A stretch of 64,000 bases of DNA from a virus (IMGVR_UViG_3300021959_000011:32001-96000); one strand, 5' to 3'. Counted from the stretch's first letter, positions 30,997-40,614 are shown. A program made the numbers and translations. The notes: generated from the sequence alone by a model not told the origin.

Positions 30997-33539
30997 TGGC
31001 AACTTTAGATTCCGTAATAGAAAATATTAATAGTTTTAATAATACAGGACAACTATCACAGGCACTAGAAAGTGTCTCTGATAGTTTAGAAACTGGTACT
31101 GGTGTCACTGCACTTGGTGAAATTTCACAACTCATCAAAACACAAGGTGATATGTCTGTTAAGGAATTAAAACGTTCAAGAGAAGATTTAGCATCTCTTA
31201 AAGATAAAGTATTAACATCTGATAGAATTGCAGAAAAAGATAGAAGTAATATTCTAACTCTTATTCAAAATCAAGAAGATGTAATTAATCAAAATACTAC
31301 ATTATCAAAAAGAGCTGCAGAGTTTGTCCAAGAAAATATTAAAGAAAAAATACCAGACATTGCTGGTGTTGCAGCAGGGGTACTTTCGGAGAGTCCAGCG
31401 GCCGCTCTTGGTGTTAAGTTTATTGGTGATAAAATCCAAGAGAGTAGAGAAAGAAAAAGAAAAGAAAGAGAAGAAAGAGCTGCAAGATTGCAGAGAATTG
31501 CAGACGAAGAAGATAGGCATAATAGAGAATTAGAAGTACTACGTGGACAAATAACTAACGAAGAAACTCTTTCTAAAGTCAATATGACTCAACAGGAAGC
31601 TGCAGATATTGCAAAACAAAATGGGATGGATTATCAAGATTATATCAATGACTTAAAAAATCAATTGATTGAACAATCCAAACTACAGAAACAACAAAAA
31701 GATGTTCAAGAAGCAAAATTAAAAGAAACTGAAGAACTAAAAGATAAATTTGGTTTTGATCAAAGTGGGGCCCCAGTAACAGAAAGTCCTATTGGGCCTG
31801 GCAATCCATCTACCCCATCAGAACCACTAGAAACATTATCTGATGGTGGTGGCGAACCATACCTTGCAGAAATTAGAGACTTGTTAAAATTTATGTCAAG
31901 TCCAGATACAGTGACTCCATTTGACATAGAAAATAGTAGAGAAGAACGTAGATTTCAAAAAGATTTGGCCGCAAAAGAAGAGGCAGTAATTGAACAATTA
32001 GAAATCCAAACTGATTTATTAGAGAAAATTCATAAAGAACAAAATGATGACTTAAAAGAAAATATCATTGCAAACATGGCAGGCAGTATTGGTGGCAAAT
32101 TAAGTGGTTTTGCCTCTATGATTGGTGGTAGTGTTGCAGGCGCATTAGGACTTGGTGGTCTTGGCGGTGCGTTAGGACTTGGCGGAAAGAGTGCGAAGGC
32201 AGGCAAAACAGCAGGCAGGGCTGCAAAGGCAGGAAAACTTGGTAGACTTGCAAAGATAGGTAAGATTGCAAAAACTGGTGGTATTGCGGCACTAGGTGCA
32301 ACTGCAGCAAGTGCATTAGTTGGTGGTGCTACAAAACTAGGAAAAACTGTAGTTGGTGCTGGTAGTGCATTAATGGGGGGTGTTAAAAGAGTTGCTGGTT
32401 CTGTTGGAGAGATGGCAGGAAGGGCGACAACCAATCTTGGTGAATCTATAGGTAAGGTTGCATCATCTGCAACTGGTATTGCAAAAGCAACTCCAGAACC
32501 AAAAGCACTCACGAATGTAGCAGATGCAATTACTAAAACTGGGCCTGATATGATTGATGGTAAAATTGCATCCCCCAAAGTTACACCAACCCCCAAAGTT
32601 TCTACTCCACCAAAACTACCAAAGGCCGCCGGTGCGTTAGATACTGCGAAAGGTGCATTAAAAAATGTAACTGCACCAGTTGTTAAACTAAAGGATGGTG
32701 CGGCCAAATCAGTTGCTGGTGCATTAGATAAAACCATTGCAAAAAAGATTCTTGCATCAAAAGGTGCAAAGTTACTTGCAAAGGCAATCCCAGGCATAGG
32801 TATGGCCGCAGGAGGATTATTTGCACTCAACTCATTATTTAAAGGTGACTTTGTTGGTGCAGCTGCGGAAGCGGGAGGAATATTCCTTCCATCTGTTGCA
32901 GGGGCCCCATTAGATGCAGGGATTATGGCAAGAGAAACATATAATCAAATGTTTGGTACAGAAGATAATCCATTTCCACTCGAAGGAGATATGATTAAAC
33001 AACCTGATGTTGCAAAAAGTCGTATGGGTCAACTAAAGGATATGGCATTAGAGGTTATTGGAGTTGGACAGGAAGAACTAGATAAACAAGGAAAAATACA
33101 GGCATTGCAAAAAGAAATAACTGATGCCGAAGATAGAATTACAAGGTCTACTGGCGGAGAGAATGTATATTATGGTAGAGATTCCAAAGGAATTGAAAAA
33201 GACCAAGCTTCTATTGCTGCAAAACAGGCAGAAATTAATTCTTTATCAGTCTCATCTGGTGAAACATCAACATCCCCAGACTTGAGTGGTGGTTCTGCAA
33301 CTGAACAAATGAGTATGAATTCTGAAAGAGCCAATTTAAACCAAGAAATGAACAACATGATGCGACAAGAGGCGATAACTAGAAATACACCATCCAATAC
33401 TGGTGGAACCGCAAATGTTGTTAATGCGCCTCAACAAAATATCAATGCATCAAAGACAACAATTGTACAACAACCGCACGTTAGAAATCCAGACCCATCA
33501 ATTGGGTTTGCTCAACGTGGATTACAAGGAGCAGTATAA
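30996..33539 (+). CDS. Tape-measure-like / baseplate hub protein (gp29 position)
   Basis: Coiled-coil N half, G/A/K-rich middle, KAIPGIG motif, NVVNAPQQN tail; follows gp26/gp51. Confidence 0.65.
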   Translation: MATLDSVIENINSFNNTGQLSQALESVSDSLETGTGVTALGEISQLIKTQGDMSVKELKRSREDLASLKDKVLTSDRIAEKDRSNILTLIQNQEDVINQNTTLSKRAAEFVQENIKEKIPDIAGVAAGVLSESPAAALGVKFIGDKIQESRERKRKEREERAARLQRIADEEDRHNRELEVLRGQITNEETLSKVNMTQQEAADIAKQNGMDYQDYINDLKNQLIEQSKLQKQQKDVQEAKLKETEELKDKFGFDQSGAPVTESPIGPGNPSTPSEPLETLSDGGGEPYLAEIRDLLKFMSSPDTVTPFDIENSREERRFQKDLAAKEEAVIEQLEIQTDLLEKIHKEQNDDLKENIIANMAGSIGGKLSGFASMIGGSVAGALGLGGLGGALGLGGKSAKAGKTAGRAAKAGKLGRLAKIGKIAKTGGIAALGATAASALVGGATKLGKTVVGAGSALMGGVKRVAGSVGEMAGRATTNLGESIGKVASSATGIAKATPEPKALTNVADAITKTGPDMIDGKIASPKVTPTPKVSTPPKLPKAAGALDTAKGALKNVTAPVVKLKDGAAKSVAGALDKTIAKKILASKGAKLLAKAIPGIGMAAGGLFALNSLFKGDFVGAAAEAGGIFLPSVAGAPLDAGIMARETYNQMFGTEDNPFPLEGDMIKQPDVAKSRMGQLKDMALEVIGVGQEELDKQGKIQALQKEITDAEDRITRSTGGENVYYGRDSKGIEKDQASIAAKQAEINSLSVSSGETSTSPDLSGGSATEQMSMNSERANLNQEMNNMMRQEAITRNTPSNTGGTANVVNAPQQNINASKTTIVQQPHVRNPDPSIGFAQRGLQGAV

Positions 33540-33683
33540 ATGAAAAAAATAATTAGTAGATTAACAAAAGAAAAAGAAGCAATTTGTATCATTGCTGGTA
33601 TTGCAGTATTACTAACACCAACTAGTTTAATTGGTTGGGGGTTAATTCTGTATGGCGCATACAATGTCTTTATGGATAGATGA
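33540..33683 (+). CDS. 47-aa membrane peptide
   Basis: MKKIISRLTKEKEAICIIAGIAVLLTPTSLIGWGLILYGAYNVFMDR*, abuts the upstream stop. Confidence 0.55.
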   Translation: MKKIISRLTKEKEAICIIAGIAVLLTPTSLIGWGLILYGAYNVFMDR

Positions 33684-33778
33684 ATAAAGAAGATACAATT
33701 AAATTTGTAAAGGTGCATGTATTAAGACATGTAATGAAAACTTTACGTCAGAGAGAAGAAAAAGAAAAGGAGGGATAA
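33680..33778 (+). CDS. 32-aa peptide
   Basis: ATGA overlap with previous ORF; MNKEDTIKFVKVHVLRHVMKTLRQREEKEKEG*. Confidence 0.35.
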   Translation: MNKEDTIKFVKVHVLRHVMKTLRQREEKEKEG

Positions 33779-33790
33779 ACCCTCCTTTTC
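33764..33790. terminator. Intrinsic terminator at the junction of convergent transcription units
   Basis: GAAAAGGAGGG-ATAAA-CCCTCCTTTTC perfect 11-bp hairpin. Confidence 0.8.
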
Positions 33791-33873
33791 CACTCTTGCT
33801 ATGTGTTAGTTTTTTTAGGTGGTGTTACGACCATTCGGACTTATCTGCACCAAGGATATACTAACTTACCTTT

Positions 33874-34794
33874 TTAGTCCTCTGCAGCAAGTTTTTCAAA
33901 GTACGAGAAATCCTCGTCATCATCATCTACTGTGCTACTTACACTTTTTGGTTCCTTCCATGATTTATCTTCAAAAGTAGGAGCCGAAACTTCTGGCATT
34001 ACTGGTGCAGGAGTCTCTTCGACATAAACATCTCTTTCTGCAGATGTTGTAGTCTGTACAGAACCAAGGACTTTTCCTAAACGATCCTTTAGTGCATCAT
34101 AAGATTTAAACTTATCTTCGGCAACAAACTCTGCGAGAGAATGTTGTGAGTTGTATATTGTTTCCAATACACTTTCATCTTCCGATAGTCCACTTGTTGA
34201 ATCGAATTCAGATTTATCGTAGTTCTGATAACCATCTACTCGTCTGATTTTTAGTTTAAAGTTTGCACCATCCCAAAAATCAAATGGGTTTACTGGTTTT
34301 TCATCTTCAAACTCAGGACGCATCATGTCTTGAAGTTTATCGAAGATTTTTTTACCAAACTGATAAAGGAAAACTTTTCCTTCATTGTGTGGGTTTGCAG
34401 GGTCTTTTACTACGTAAATATTAGAAATGTACTTCAATTTACGTTTACGTTCCCTAACAATATTCTGGTTTGCAGTAGAACCTGTCTGCCACAACTCAGA
34501 ATTCGCTTCACAGATTGGACATTTCTTGTTGATGGTTGTAAGACAGTTATCTATCAACCACCCGCCAGGGCCCTTAAAACCGTGATTAAATACTCTTACC
34601 CATGGCAAATCTTCACCTTGTGGTTGAGGGAGGAAACGAATAACGGCATAACCATTACCAGATTTATCAACTTCTGGTTTCCAAAATCTCTCATCCTTAT
34701 TAGACGAAGTTTGTTGTGGGTTTGATGTTTTTTCTAATTCTTCTGCAAGTTTAGAAAAGTTAGTACGGTTAGATTTTAATGCTGCGAATGACAT
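33874..34794 (-). CDS. gp32: Single-stranded DNA-binding protein
   Basis: DERFWKPEVDKSGNGYAVIRFLP, HGFKGPGGW, NCLTT...CPIC, acidic tail. Confidence 0.97.
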   Translation of the reverse strand: MSFAALKSNRTNFSKLAEELEKTSNPQQTSSNKDERFWKPEVDKSGNGYAVIRFLPQPQGEDLPWVRVFNHGFKGPGGWLIDNCLTTINKKCPICEANSELWQTGSTANQNIVRERKRKLKYISNIYVVKDPANPHNEGKVFLYQFGKKIFDKLQDMMRPEFEDEKPVNPFDFWDGANFKLKIRRVDGYQNYDKSEFDSTSGLSEDESVLETIYNSQHSLAEFVAEDKFKSYDALKDRLGKVLGSVQTTTSAERDVYVEETPAPVMPEVSAPTFEDKSWKEPKSVSSTVDDDDEDFSYFEKLAAED

Positions 34795-34868
34795 ATATTT
34801 TCTCCTATGTTTGTATACGTTGTATTCGATTGTTTATAGTAAGTCACATTTACATAATGTATGAGTGT

Positions 34869-34897
34869 ACTATATCACTCTTTTATTGATTCGTCAA
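34869..34897 (-). promoter_or_regulatory. Sigma70-type promoter for gp32
   Basis: TTGACG-17-TATAGT with GAATC overlapping the -35 edge. Confidence 0.7.
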
Positions 34898-36101
34898 GCT
34901 GTTTTTTTCTTTTTTCTTTGTTTTTTGAAACTTTTTGCCAACCAGTGTTGGTTTTAATGAGAACTTGTTCTGCGTCCTTGACACTATCCTCAATTTTTGT
35001 TCCTTTCTCTAACAGTTTTCTTTCTTTTCGCATCTTGAAAGATAACTGCGCGGCGATTAATAATAAGATTGCAAGAGGGTCGAAAACAAATACAATTGCA
35101 ATTATAACCCATCTCACTGCAGACTCAAGTATATCAGCATCTGCATCACCATACACAAACTCTGCAATGTATTTTACAGGTCCAACTTCGGCCTCTAGTT
35201 TTCTATATGATGTTTCTAAATTATACCTTTCTTCAGTCAATGTGTCAATAGATTTTTCCGCATCTATAATATTATTTTCTAGTCTTTGAATTCTTGTAAG
35301 TTGAGTTTCACTTAATTCATTAACACCCAATTTATCTCTTAGTCTATCTAAAAGTTCATTACTTTGTGTTAGTTCATTTCTTTCTGCATCTCTTAACTGA
35401 TTGATTCTTTCTCTTGAAGATGTGACAATTTCACTAACCTTTGACTCTTCTTTTTCTCTGAATTCTTCAACTTTCTTTGCAGTATTTTTACCATAGTTAC
35501 CATCTACTGCTGCACCGACTAGAGATTGCAAGGCCTCTATGTTTTGGTCTGCAATGTACTGTTTAAGTAAGTCTAAAGTACCAGATGCAGAATTAATAAT
35601 CTCTTGTTGTTCATCAACTAATGAATTGTAATTTTTACGTACTGTTTCAATTCTAGTTAATTCTTTTTCTATTTGTGCGTTAACTTGTTCGTTTGTGTTA
35701 GAACCAGAAGTTTCAATTTTTTCAATTTCTACGAGTGATTTAGTTACAATAGTTTCTTGTCTTACTATGTTGGTAGAAATCTGCTCAATCTTTGCAATAT
35801 TTTCTCTTGCGGTTGAAGTTTGTTCGATATGTGCGGAAGATAAAAATCCAAAAATACCCATACTGGTAAGCAACATTAGAACGAATACTGCAATTGTCAG
35901 ATATCCACGCAACCATCTAGGTATATCTTTCCAATGTCTATGTAACCATAGTGCAGTAACAATTTTACCGGCCTCTAAAACTCCACCCATGATGATAATA
36001 GGTAACATCGCAGCGGCGAAGATTTTAGATAAACCAATAATACTGTAATATGCTGCAACTCCACTAATAGATAGTGCAACAAATAAAGTTAAAAATTCCA
36101 T
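34875..36101 (-). CDS. Membrane protein with long coiled coil and possible peptidoglycan-binding motif
   Basis: Three N-terminal TM helices, heptads, LQSLVGAAVDGNYGKNT, EAEVGPVKYIA, C-terminal TM with VFDPLA. Confidence 0.7.
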   Translation of the reverse strand: MEFLTLFVALSISGVAAYYSIIGLSKIFAAAMLPIIIMGGVLEAGKIVTALWLHRHWKDIPRWLRGYLTIAVFVLMLLTSMGIFGFLSSAHIEQTSTARENIAKIEQISTNIVRQETIVTKSLVEIEKIETSGSNTNEQVNAQIEKELTRIETVRKNYNSLVDEQQEIINSASGTLDLLKQYIADQNIEALQSLVGAAVDGNYGKNTAKKVEEFREKEESKVSEIVTSSRERINQLRDAERNELTQSNELLDRLRDKLGVNELSETQLTRIQRLENNIIDAEKSIDTLTEERYNLETSYRKLEAEVGPVKYIAEFVYGDADADILESAVRWVIIAIVFVFDPLAILLLIAAQLSFKMRKERKLLEKGTKIEDSVKDAEQVLIKTNTGWQKVSKNKEKRKKQLDESIKE

Positions 36102-36113
36102 AGTTATCTACCC

Positions 36114-36794
36114 TTATAGTAGATGACCATACTCCTCGTTGAAATCATCTACCATTACTTTCTTTAAAATATCTTTATAGTAATCTATATTTATATCCAA
36201 AAAGGCAGAGTATTTTTGACATTTAAATTTGTATAGGGGCCAATAGGTTGTTTCGTTTATATTCACCTTATCCACAAAACCAAACATCTTATCAAATACT
36301 ATTAGGGTTTCTAGGGAAATTTCTCCCCTAGATTCCATTTTCATAATAAGTGGATATTCGCCATGTACAGATTTAAATATTTTTGCAAAATTTAAATCTA
36401 AATCTACGGCCTTGGTAAGTAGTTCCTTTACATCATTTTCAAATATATAAGATAAACTTTGGATTCTTTTTTTCCATTCCTTGTGTGTATCAAAGGTTTC
36501 GTCATCCAATAATTTTCCAGACCACATGAATTCATTTCTGGCGAGTGCGAGACTACCACCAGAAGTTACATCTAGAAACGCTGCAAGTAAAAATTCTTCT
36601 AACTCTTTTTTGTTAAATCTTCTAGAAAGTTCTTCAAAAGTTTTTTTATCATCTCTACGTTGAAATGCATCATTACTTACTTTTTGTTTACCTTTATATT
36701 TTACATAGTCATACTCACCTTGAAAATGAGATTTCATTGCAATATAAATTTTAAATGCGTCAAATTCATCCATTTTTCTTTGCGATACTATCAT
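36114..36794 (-). CDS. gp59: Helicase loader
   Basis: YIAMKSHF...YDYVKYKGK, ISLETL; synteny gp33-gp59-gp32. Confidence 0.9.
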   Translation of the reverse strand: MIVSQRKMDEFDAFKIYIAMKSHFQGEYDYVKYKGKQKVSNDAFQRRDDKKTFEELSRRFNKKELEEFLLAAFLDVTSGGSLALARNEFMWSGKLLDDETFDTHKEWKKRIQSLSYIFENDVKELLTKAVDLDLNFAKIFKSVHGEYPLIMKMESRGEISLETLIVFDKMFGFVDKVNINETTYWPLYKFKCQKYSAFLDINIDYYKDILKKVMVDDFNEEYGHLL

Positions 36795-37015
36795 AGAGGT
36801 AATTTAGTTGCGGTCTTGGGAATCATGTGAAGATTCTCAGCCTCATATTGTATCTTCTCCTTTAATAGTGGTCCAACCAAATTTGAAACTGATTCTATAT
36901 CCAAATCTTTTTCCTCGCAATATTGCACAATACACTCTATATAACTCATGCCAGATTCTTTTGCAATATTTTCAATATCACCTGTAAACTCTTTACTACT
37001 TTTAACTTTCAACAC
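36791..37015 (-). CDS. gp33: Late transcription coactivator
   Basis: SYIECIVQYCEE...LKEKIQYEAENL...KLPL. Confidence 0.9.
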   Translation of the reverse strand: MLKVKSSKEFTGDIENIAKESGMSYIECIVQYCEEKDLDIESVSNLVGPLLKEKIQYEAENLHMIPKTATKLPL

Positions 37016-37573
37016 TTATTTGTTCTCCCTATAAAAAATATGTTTACCAATTTTATTTGTTCGATGGAACTTTTTAGACCAAGATGGTTGTACATAATCT
37101 GCATGATAGAATGTTGCACCAAAACTTGGGTCGTAAGTTCGATTAGATAGATATTCATTAACTACGTGCCACGAAACTCGCATTGCAAGATCCCAAGCTC
37201 GTGCATCATAAATTTTATCAGACTTACCATCACACCACCAACTAAACTGACAACGATGACGGATAGGATAAAATTTACCATTTTGTTTCCAAGATTCTTT
37301 TACTGGACCTTGTTTAACGACCCCACAAATATCATTGGGAAAATTGTCTGAAAATACACGATTAAGAGTTACGTATGCAACTGCAACCTGTCCTGTAATA
37401 GATTCACTTCTAGATTCATGATATACATTTTCTGCCAAACATCGCAATTCCGAGTTTAACATATTTTCAACATCTTTATATTTTGGAATTTCTGCGTATG
37501 ATGCTGCGGTACTAACTGTAGTAGTAGCAAATACAGCAAGGGCCAAACCCAATTTAGTAACTACCTGTTTCAC
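37016..37573 (-). CDS. SleB/CwlJ-like cell wall hydrolase (Hydrolase_2) with signal peptide
   Basis: CLAENVYHESRSE, VTLNRV, CQFSW, GATFYHADYVQPSW, IGKHIFY. Confidence 0.92.
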   Translation of the reverse strand: MKQVVTKLGLALAVFATTTVSTAASYAEIPKYKDVENMLNSELRCLAENVYHESRSESITGQVAVAYVTLNRVFSDNFPNDICGVVKQGPVKESWKQNGKFYPIRHRCQFSWWCDGKSDKIYDARAWDLAMRVSWHVVNEYLSNRTYDPSFGATFYHADYVQPSWSKKFHRTNKIGKHIFYRENK

Positions 37574-37605
37574 TTTATGCCTCTTTAGTGATTCTTTATA
37601 GTTAC

Positions 37606-37634
37606 ATTATATTAGATTTGACCCATACTGTCAA
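37606..37634 (-). promoter_or_regulatory. Consensus sigma70 promoter
   Basis: TTGACA-17-TATAAT. Confidence 0.8.
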
Positions 37635-37642
37635 GTGTTTTA

Positions 37643-37864
37643 TTAATCTTTATTTGAAACAAAAGAATACATTTCTTTTGCTTTATTCATTAACTCGTCC
37701 ATAGAATATGGTTGGCAAGCCTCTTGAAATTCTTCAGTGGTTGCTTTATTAGCTTCAAACTGCTGGCGCCAGAAATCCATGTTGATATGGTATTGTTGAT
37801 CCATATAATCTTTTGCCAGTTTAAGCATATCTGCTCTTATTTCAAATGGGTTCTTATTAGACAT
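37643..37864 (-). CDS. Conserved small phage protein
   Basis: NKNPFEIRADMLKLAKDY...KAKEMYSFVS; TAATG coupling. Confidence 0.7.
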   Translation of the reverse strand: MSNKNPFEIRADMLKLAKDYMDQQYHINMDFWRQQFEANKATTEEFQEACQPYSMDELMNKAKEMYSFVSNKD

Positions 37865-38073
37865 TATTTCATCCCTTTCACAAAGGCATCACCAGTTGCA
37901 TTTGCAAAATCACTCATAGATTTTACTGCAACTTTTGTGAATGTTGTTTGGGCTTCAATAAAGGCCTTTAGTGGTGCAGACAAAGTTTCGTCTTTCACTA
38001 AAGTGTCAACCATTGTTTTCTTTGTAGTCTGGATATGGTCAATCCAGTAGTTTGTTGTCCAATCATTAATCAT
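37864..38073 (-). CDS. Small helical protein
   Basis: AGGAG SD with CA-rich leader. Confidence 0.65.
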   Translation of the reverse strand: MINDWTTNYWIDHIQTTKKTMVDTLVKDETLSAPLKAFIEAQTTFTKVAVKSMSDFANATGDAFVKGMK

Positions 38074-38104
38074 GATTCTCTCCTGTGTGTTTGTGTTGTG
38101 TAGT

Positions 38105-38224
38105 TTACATGCATAGATCTTCGTATTTGGTGGTATGAGCTCTATGCTTACTCATATCAAGATTATTTTCAATTCTAAATACAAATGAAAATAATTTATT
38201 TAATTTTTCTTTCAAGTTGAACAA
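38105..38224 (-). CDS. 39-aa peptide (MFNLKEKLNK...MSKHRAHTTKYEDLCM)
   Basis: TTG start with GGAG SD overlapping the upstream gene; hand translated. Confidence 0.5.
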   Translation of the reverse strand: MFNLKEKLNKLFSFVFRIENNLDMSKHRAHTTKYEDLCM

Positions 38225-38453
38225 TTCTTTTCTCCATCAAATCCATTTGATATGCTATGTTAGGATATTTATCTTTCCATTTACTTTCTGTTTGTAAAAT
38301 CTTGAAATCATATCTTTCAGCGGCCCAGTTATAAACATCTTCAGTTTTCTGAAAAAACCATTTACCTAATCTAGTATCTTCAAACCACTTACTTGTTGCA
38401 CTACCGATAATACTACCAGCGATGGCCTGTACCAACCAAAACCATATCATCAT
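38196..38453 (-). CDS. Hypothetical protein with N-terminal hydrophobic segment
   Basis: 85-aa ORF with ATGA overlap. Confidence 0.6.
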   Translation of the reverse strand: MMIWFWLVQAIAGSIIGSATSKWFEDTRLGKWFFQKTEDVYNWAAERYDFKILQTESKWKDKYPNIAYQMDLMEKRIVQLERKIK

Positions 38454-38647
38454 TTTCTAATCTCCTTATATATTCCTACTGGACATGTTTGCCAATCCCA
38501 TATCCAATGTCTTTCTGGATACATATTGTAAAATTTACTATCTTCTTTGGTTGATCTATAGTCACATATTCGCACGAACTGTTGTTGTCCGTCCACGTAA
38601 ATATGAGTCAGGGTTGTGAAGCTCAAGTAGAGTACGATGGTTTTCAT
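38450..38647 (-). CDS. Hypothetical protein
   Basis: 65-aa ORF overlapping the exonuclease 3' end; two Cys. Confidence 0.45.
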   Translation of the reverse strand: MKTIVLYLSFTTLTHIYVDGQQQFVRICDYRSTKEDSKFYNMYPERHWIWDWQTCPVGIYKEIRK

Positions 38648-39308
38648 TGTATTCTTCTATCATACCTCTCAGTCCATCTATGTGACTGTCTCTTTTGGAT
38701 GTGAATACTTCTGGTTCAGATTTACCATCAACCGCAGCAATAATAACTAAATTATTAATTGGAATTCCAGTTCTTTCTTCAAACATAACAGAATAACCAG
38801 ATGCCTGTCTAAAATACTTTTCTAATTTTCCATACTTATCACCAACCATAGTTTGTCTCGAAGTTTTAAAATCAATAATAGATAATTTTCCCATATATTC
38901 TGCAACGCAATCAACTGTACCAGCAAGTCGTAAGTGGTCAGAATAAAGACTACATTCTTGACTATACACATTATCTATCGCATTGTCAAGCACTGGTTGC
39001 ATAATTTTAAATAATTCTAAGTCAGTCGGAATCATTTTAGAAAAATTTAATTCAACATTATTAATATAATCTTCGCACATCTTGTGTACTGATGTACCAC
39101 GTCGAGCAGCTTGAGAACTTATTTTGTTTGCCTCTTTTTCACCTACACGCTTTCTCCATGCCATAATTCCCTTTGCAGAGAACCACCCAAGTACTGTAGT
39201 GATCGATGGATATTTCAATCCATCAGGTGTTTCGTAAAGTCTTTTGCCTTCGATATTTACTGTTTTTAATTTTTCAATTTCAAAGTCAAGTTCTACATGA
39301 TTAAACAT
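38562..39308 (-). CDS. PD-(D/E)XK exonuclease
   Basis: YPSITTVL, RGTSVH, LAGTVDCVAEY, IIDFKTS, Q...Y motif. Confidence 0.9.
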   Translation of the reverse strand: MFNHVELDFEIEKLKTVNIEGKRLYETPDGLKYPSITTVLGWFSAKGIMAWRKRVGEKEANKISSQAARRGTSVHKMCEDYINNVELNFSKMIPTDLELFKIMQPVLDNAIDNVYSQECSLYSDHLRLAGTVDCVAEYMGKLSIIDFKTSRQTMVGDKYGKLEKYFRQASGYSVMFEERTGIPINNLVIIAAVDGKSEPEVFTSKRDSHIDGLRGMIEEYNENHRTLLELHNPDSYLRGRTTTVRANM

Positions 39309-39321
39309 TGTGTTTCCTATA

Positions 39322-40215
39322 TTATTTTACATTTCCCATAATTTGAGATAAGGTTTTACCTCTTGGAATTTTTTTCATGATTGTTTTATATATTTTCTGT
39401 TTTAATGCATCACCTTGAATGGCGCCGCCGGGCCCAGATTTTACATCTCGTAAAACTGGTTTTCCTTCTTTCTTAATTGTAATGTATTCAAAATCTTTTA
39501 CCGTTAGATTACCAGATGAATTCTTAATAGGATTTCCTTTATCATCTGTGTAGAATACTGTGTGATTTTTTCCACCTAGAATCATATGTACTGCACCATC
39601 TACTCCACTAGGTAGTCCTCTATCTATGTAATCTAACATAGTTTTAGCGGCGCCTTCATGGGTAGATAATAAAATATCGTCTGGTACAACCCTACTTCTA
39701 GATTTATTTTGTTTCACCGCAACTGAATAATCAGTCAATACCCATACAACATGAATATCTTTTGGTTGATATCCGGCATTTAACAGAGATGGAATAACAT
39801 CAGAAATATGTTTTGTATGTTTCATCGTAACATCGAAAATAATATTGGGTAATCTACCTTGAGACATACCTTTAAGTAACAATTCTAAAGTTTTATCTTT
39901 TAAGTTTAGACCTTCCACATGTTTATGTAAAATAAATACATCTTTTGGGTCTCTGAGATTTAATCCTAATAATTCTTGATTTGTTCTTTTGATATCATTG
40001 ATTTTAAGAATAAGTCTTTTCCACTCATCGACATCTCTAACTTTAAATTTTTCACCTTGCATAAAGTTTGAGATAGCAAAACCTTTACCACTACCGGCAC
40101 CACCAGCCAAAAAAACTATTTGGTTATACTTTGAACCTTTACCAACAATTACTTGTTTTTCTTCTAGGTATTCTTTTTCTAAAAAATCATGTCTTATATC
40201 TTCAAACTGTTTCAT
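39322..40215 (-). CDS. P-loop NTPase/kinase (zeta-toxin/AAA_33-like)
   Basis: Walker A LAGGAGSGKG, Walker B IIFDVT, NKSRSRVVP lid. Confidence 0.7.
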   Translation of the reverse strand: MKQFEDIRHDFLEKEYLEEKQVIVGKGSKYNQIVFLAGGAGSGKGFAISNFMQGEKFKVRDVDEWKRLILKINDIKRTNQELLGLNLRDPKDVFILHKHVEGLNLKDKTLELLLKGMSQGRLPNIIFDVTMKHTKHISDVIPSLLNAGYQPKDIHVVWVLTDYSVAVKQNKSRSRVVPDDILLSTHEGAAKTMLDYIDRGLPSGVDGAVHMILGGKNHTVFYTDDKGNPIKNSSGNLTVKDFEYITIKKEGKPVLRDVKSGPGGAIQGDALKQKIYKTIMKKIPRGKTLSQIMGNVK

Positions 40216-40594
40216 TTTTCGTATCCAGTATCTGTTGTATCTTTTGAGCCTTTTCTTGCTCTGTATCTAAATGCAAATCCTTATTAATTACTTTCTCTAA
40301 TTTGAGAAAGGGAATTCTTTCGTTTGGTACGTATCTCCAAGTAAACCCTTTATCAGAGTATACACCAAAAATACTCTCACGTAAACCTATTTTTACGATT
40401 AATGCATCATTACCATCTAAAATAACCTTATCTCCCTCATTAAACGCAGCATTCATTTTGAAAGTTGCACCCTTAACAAATGCATCTACAAAGTTTTTAA
40501 TCCATGCGGCGATAATTAAAGATAAAAGTATTGCTGCCCAAGGAGCCAAATATGAAGTCATATCACTTGAAAAGTTTGTAATTACTGGATCCAT
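40202..40594 (-). CDS. Minimal MscS-like membrane protein
   Basis: TM helix then FNEGDKVILDG..IVKIGLRES...YVPN, resembling the MscS beta domain. Confidence 0.55.
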   Translation of the reverse strand: MDPVITNFSSDMTSYLAPWAAILLSLIIAAWIKNFVDAFVKGATFKMNAAFNEGDKVILDGNDALIVKIGLRESIFGVYSDKGFTWRYVPNERIPFLKLEKVINKDLHLDTEQEKAQKIQQILDTKNETV

Positions 40595-40614
40595 ATTCGA
40601 CTCCTTGGTTAAAG

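Noticed and set aside
38562-39308. Cas4/CRISPR interpretation of the exonuclease
   Set aside because: No Cas4 Fe-S cysteine pattern, no other cas genes and no repeat-spacer array seen in the window
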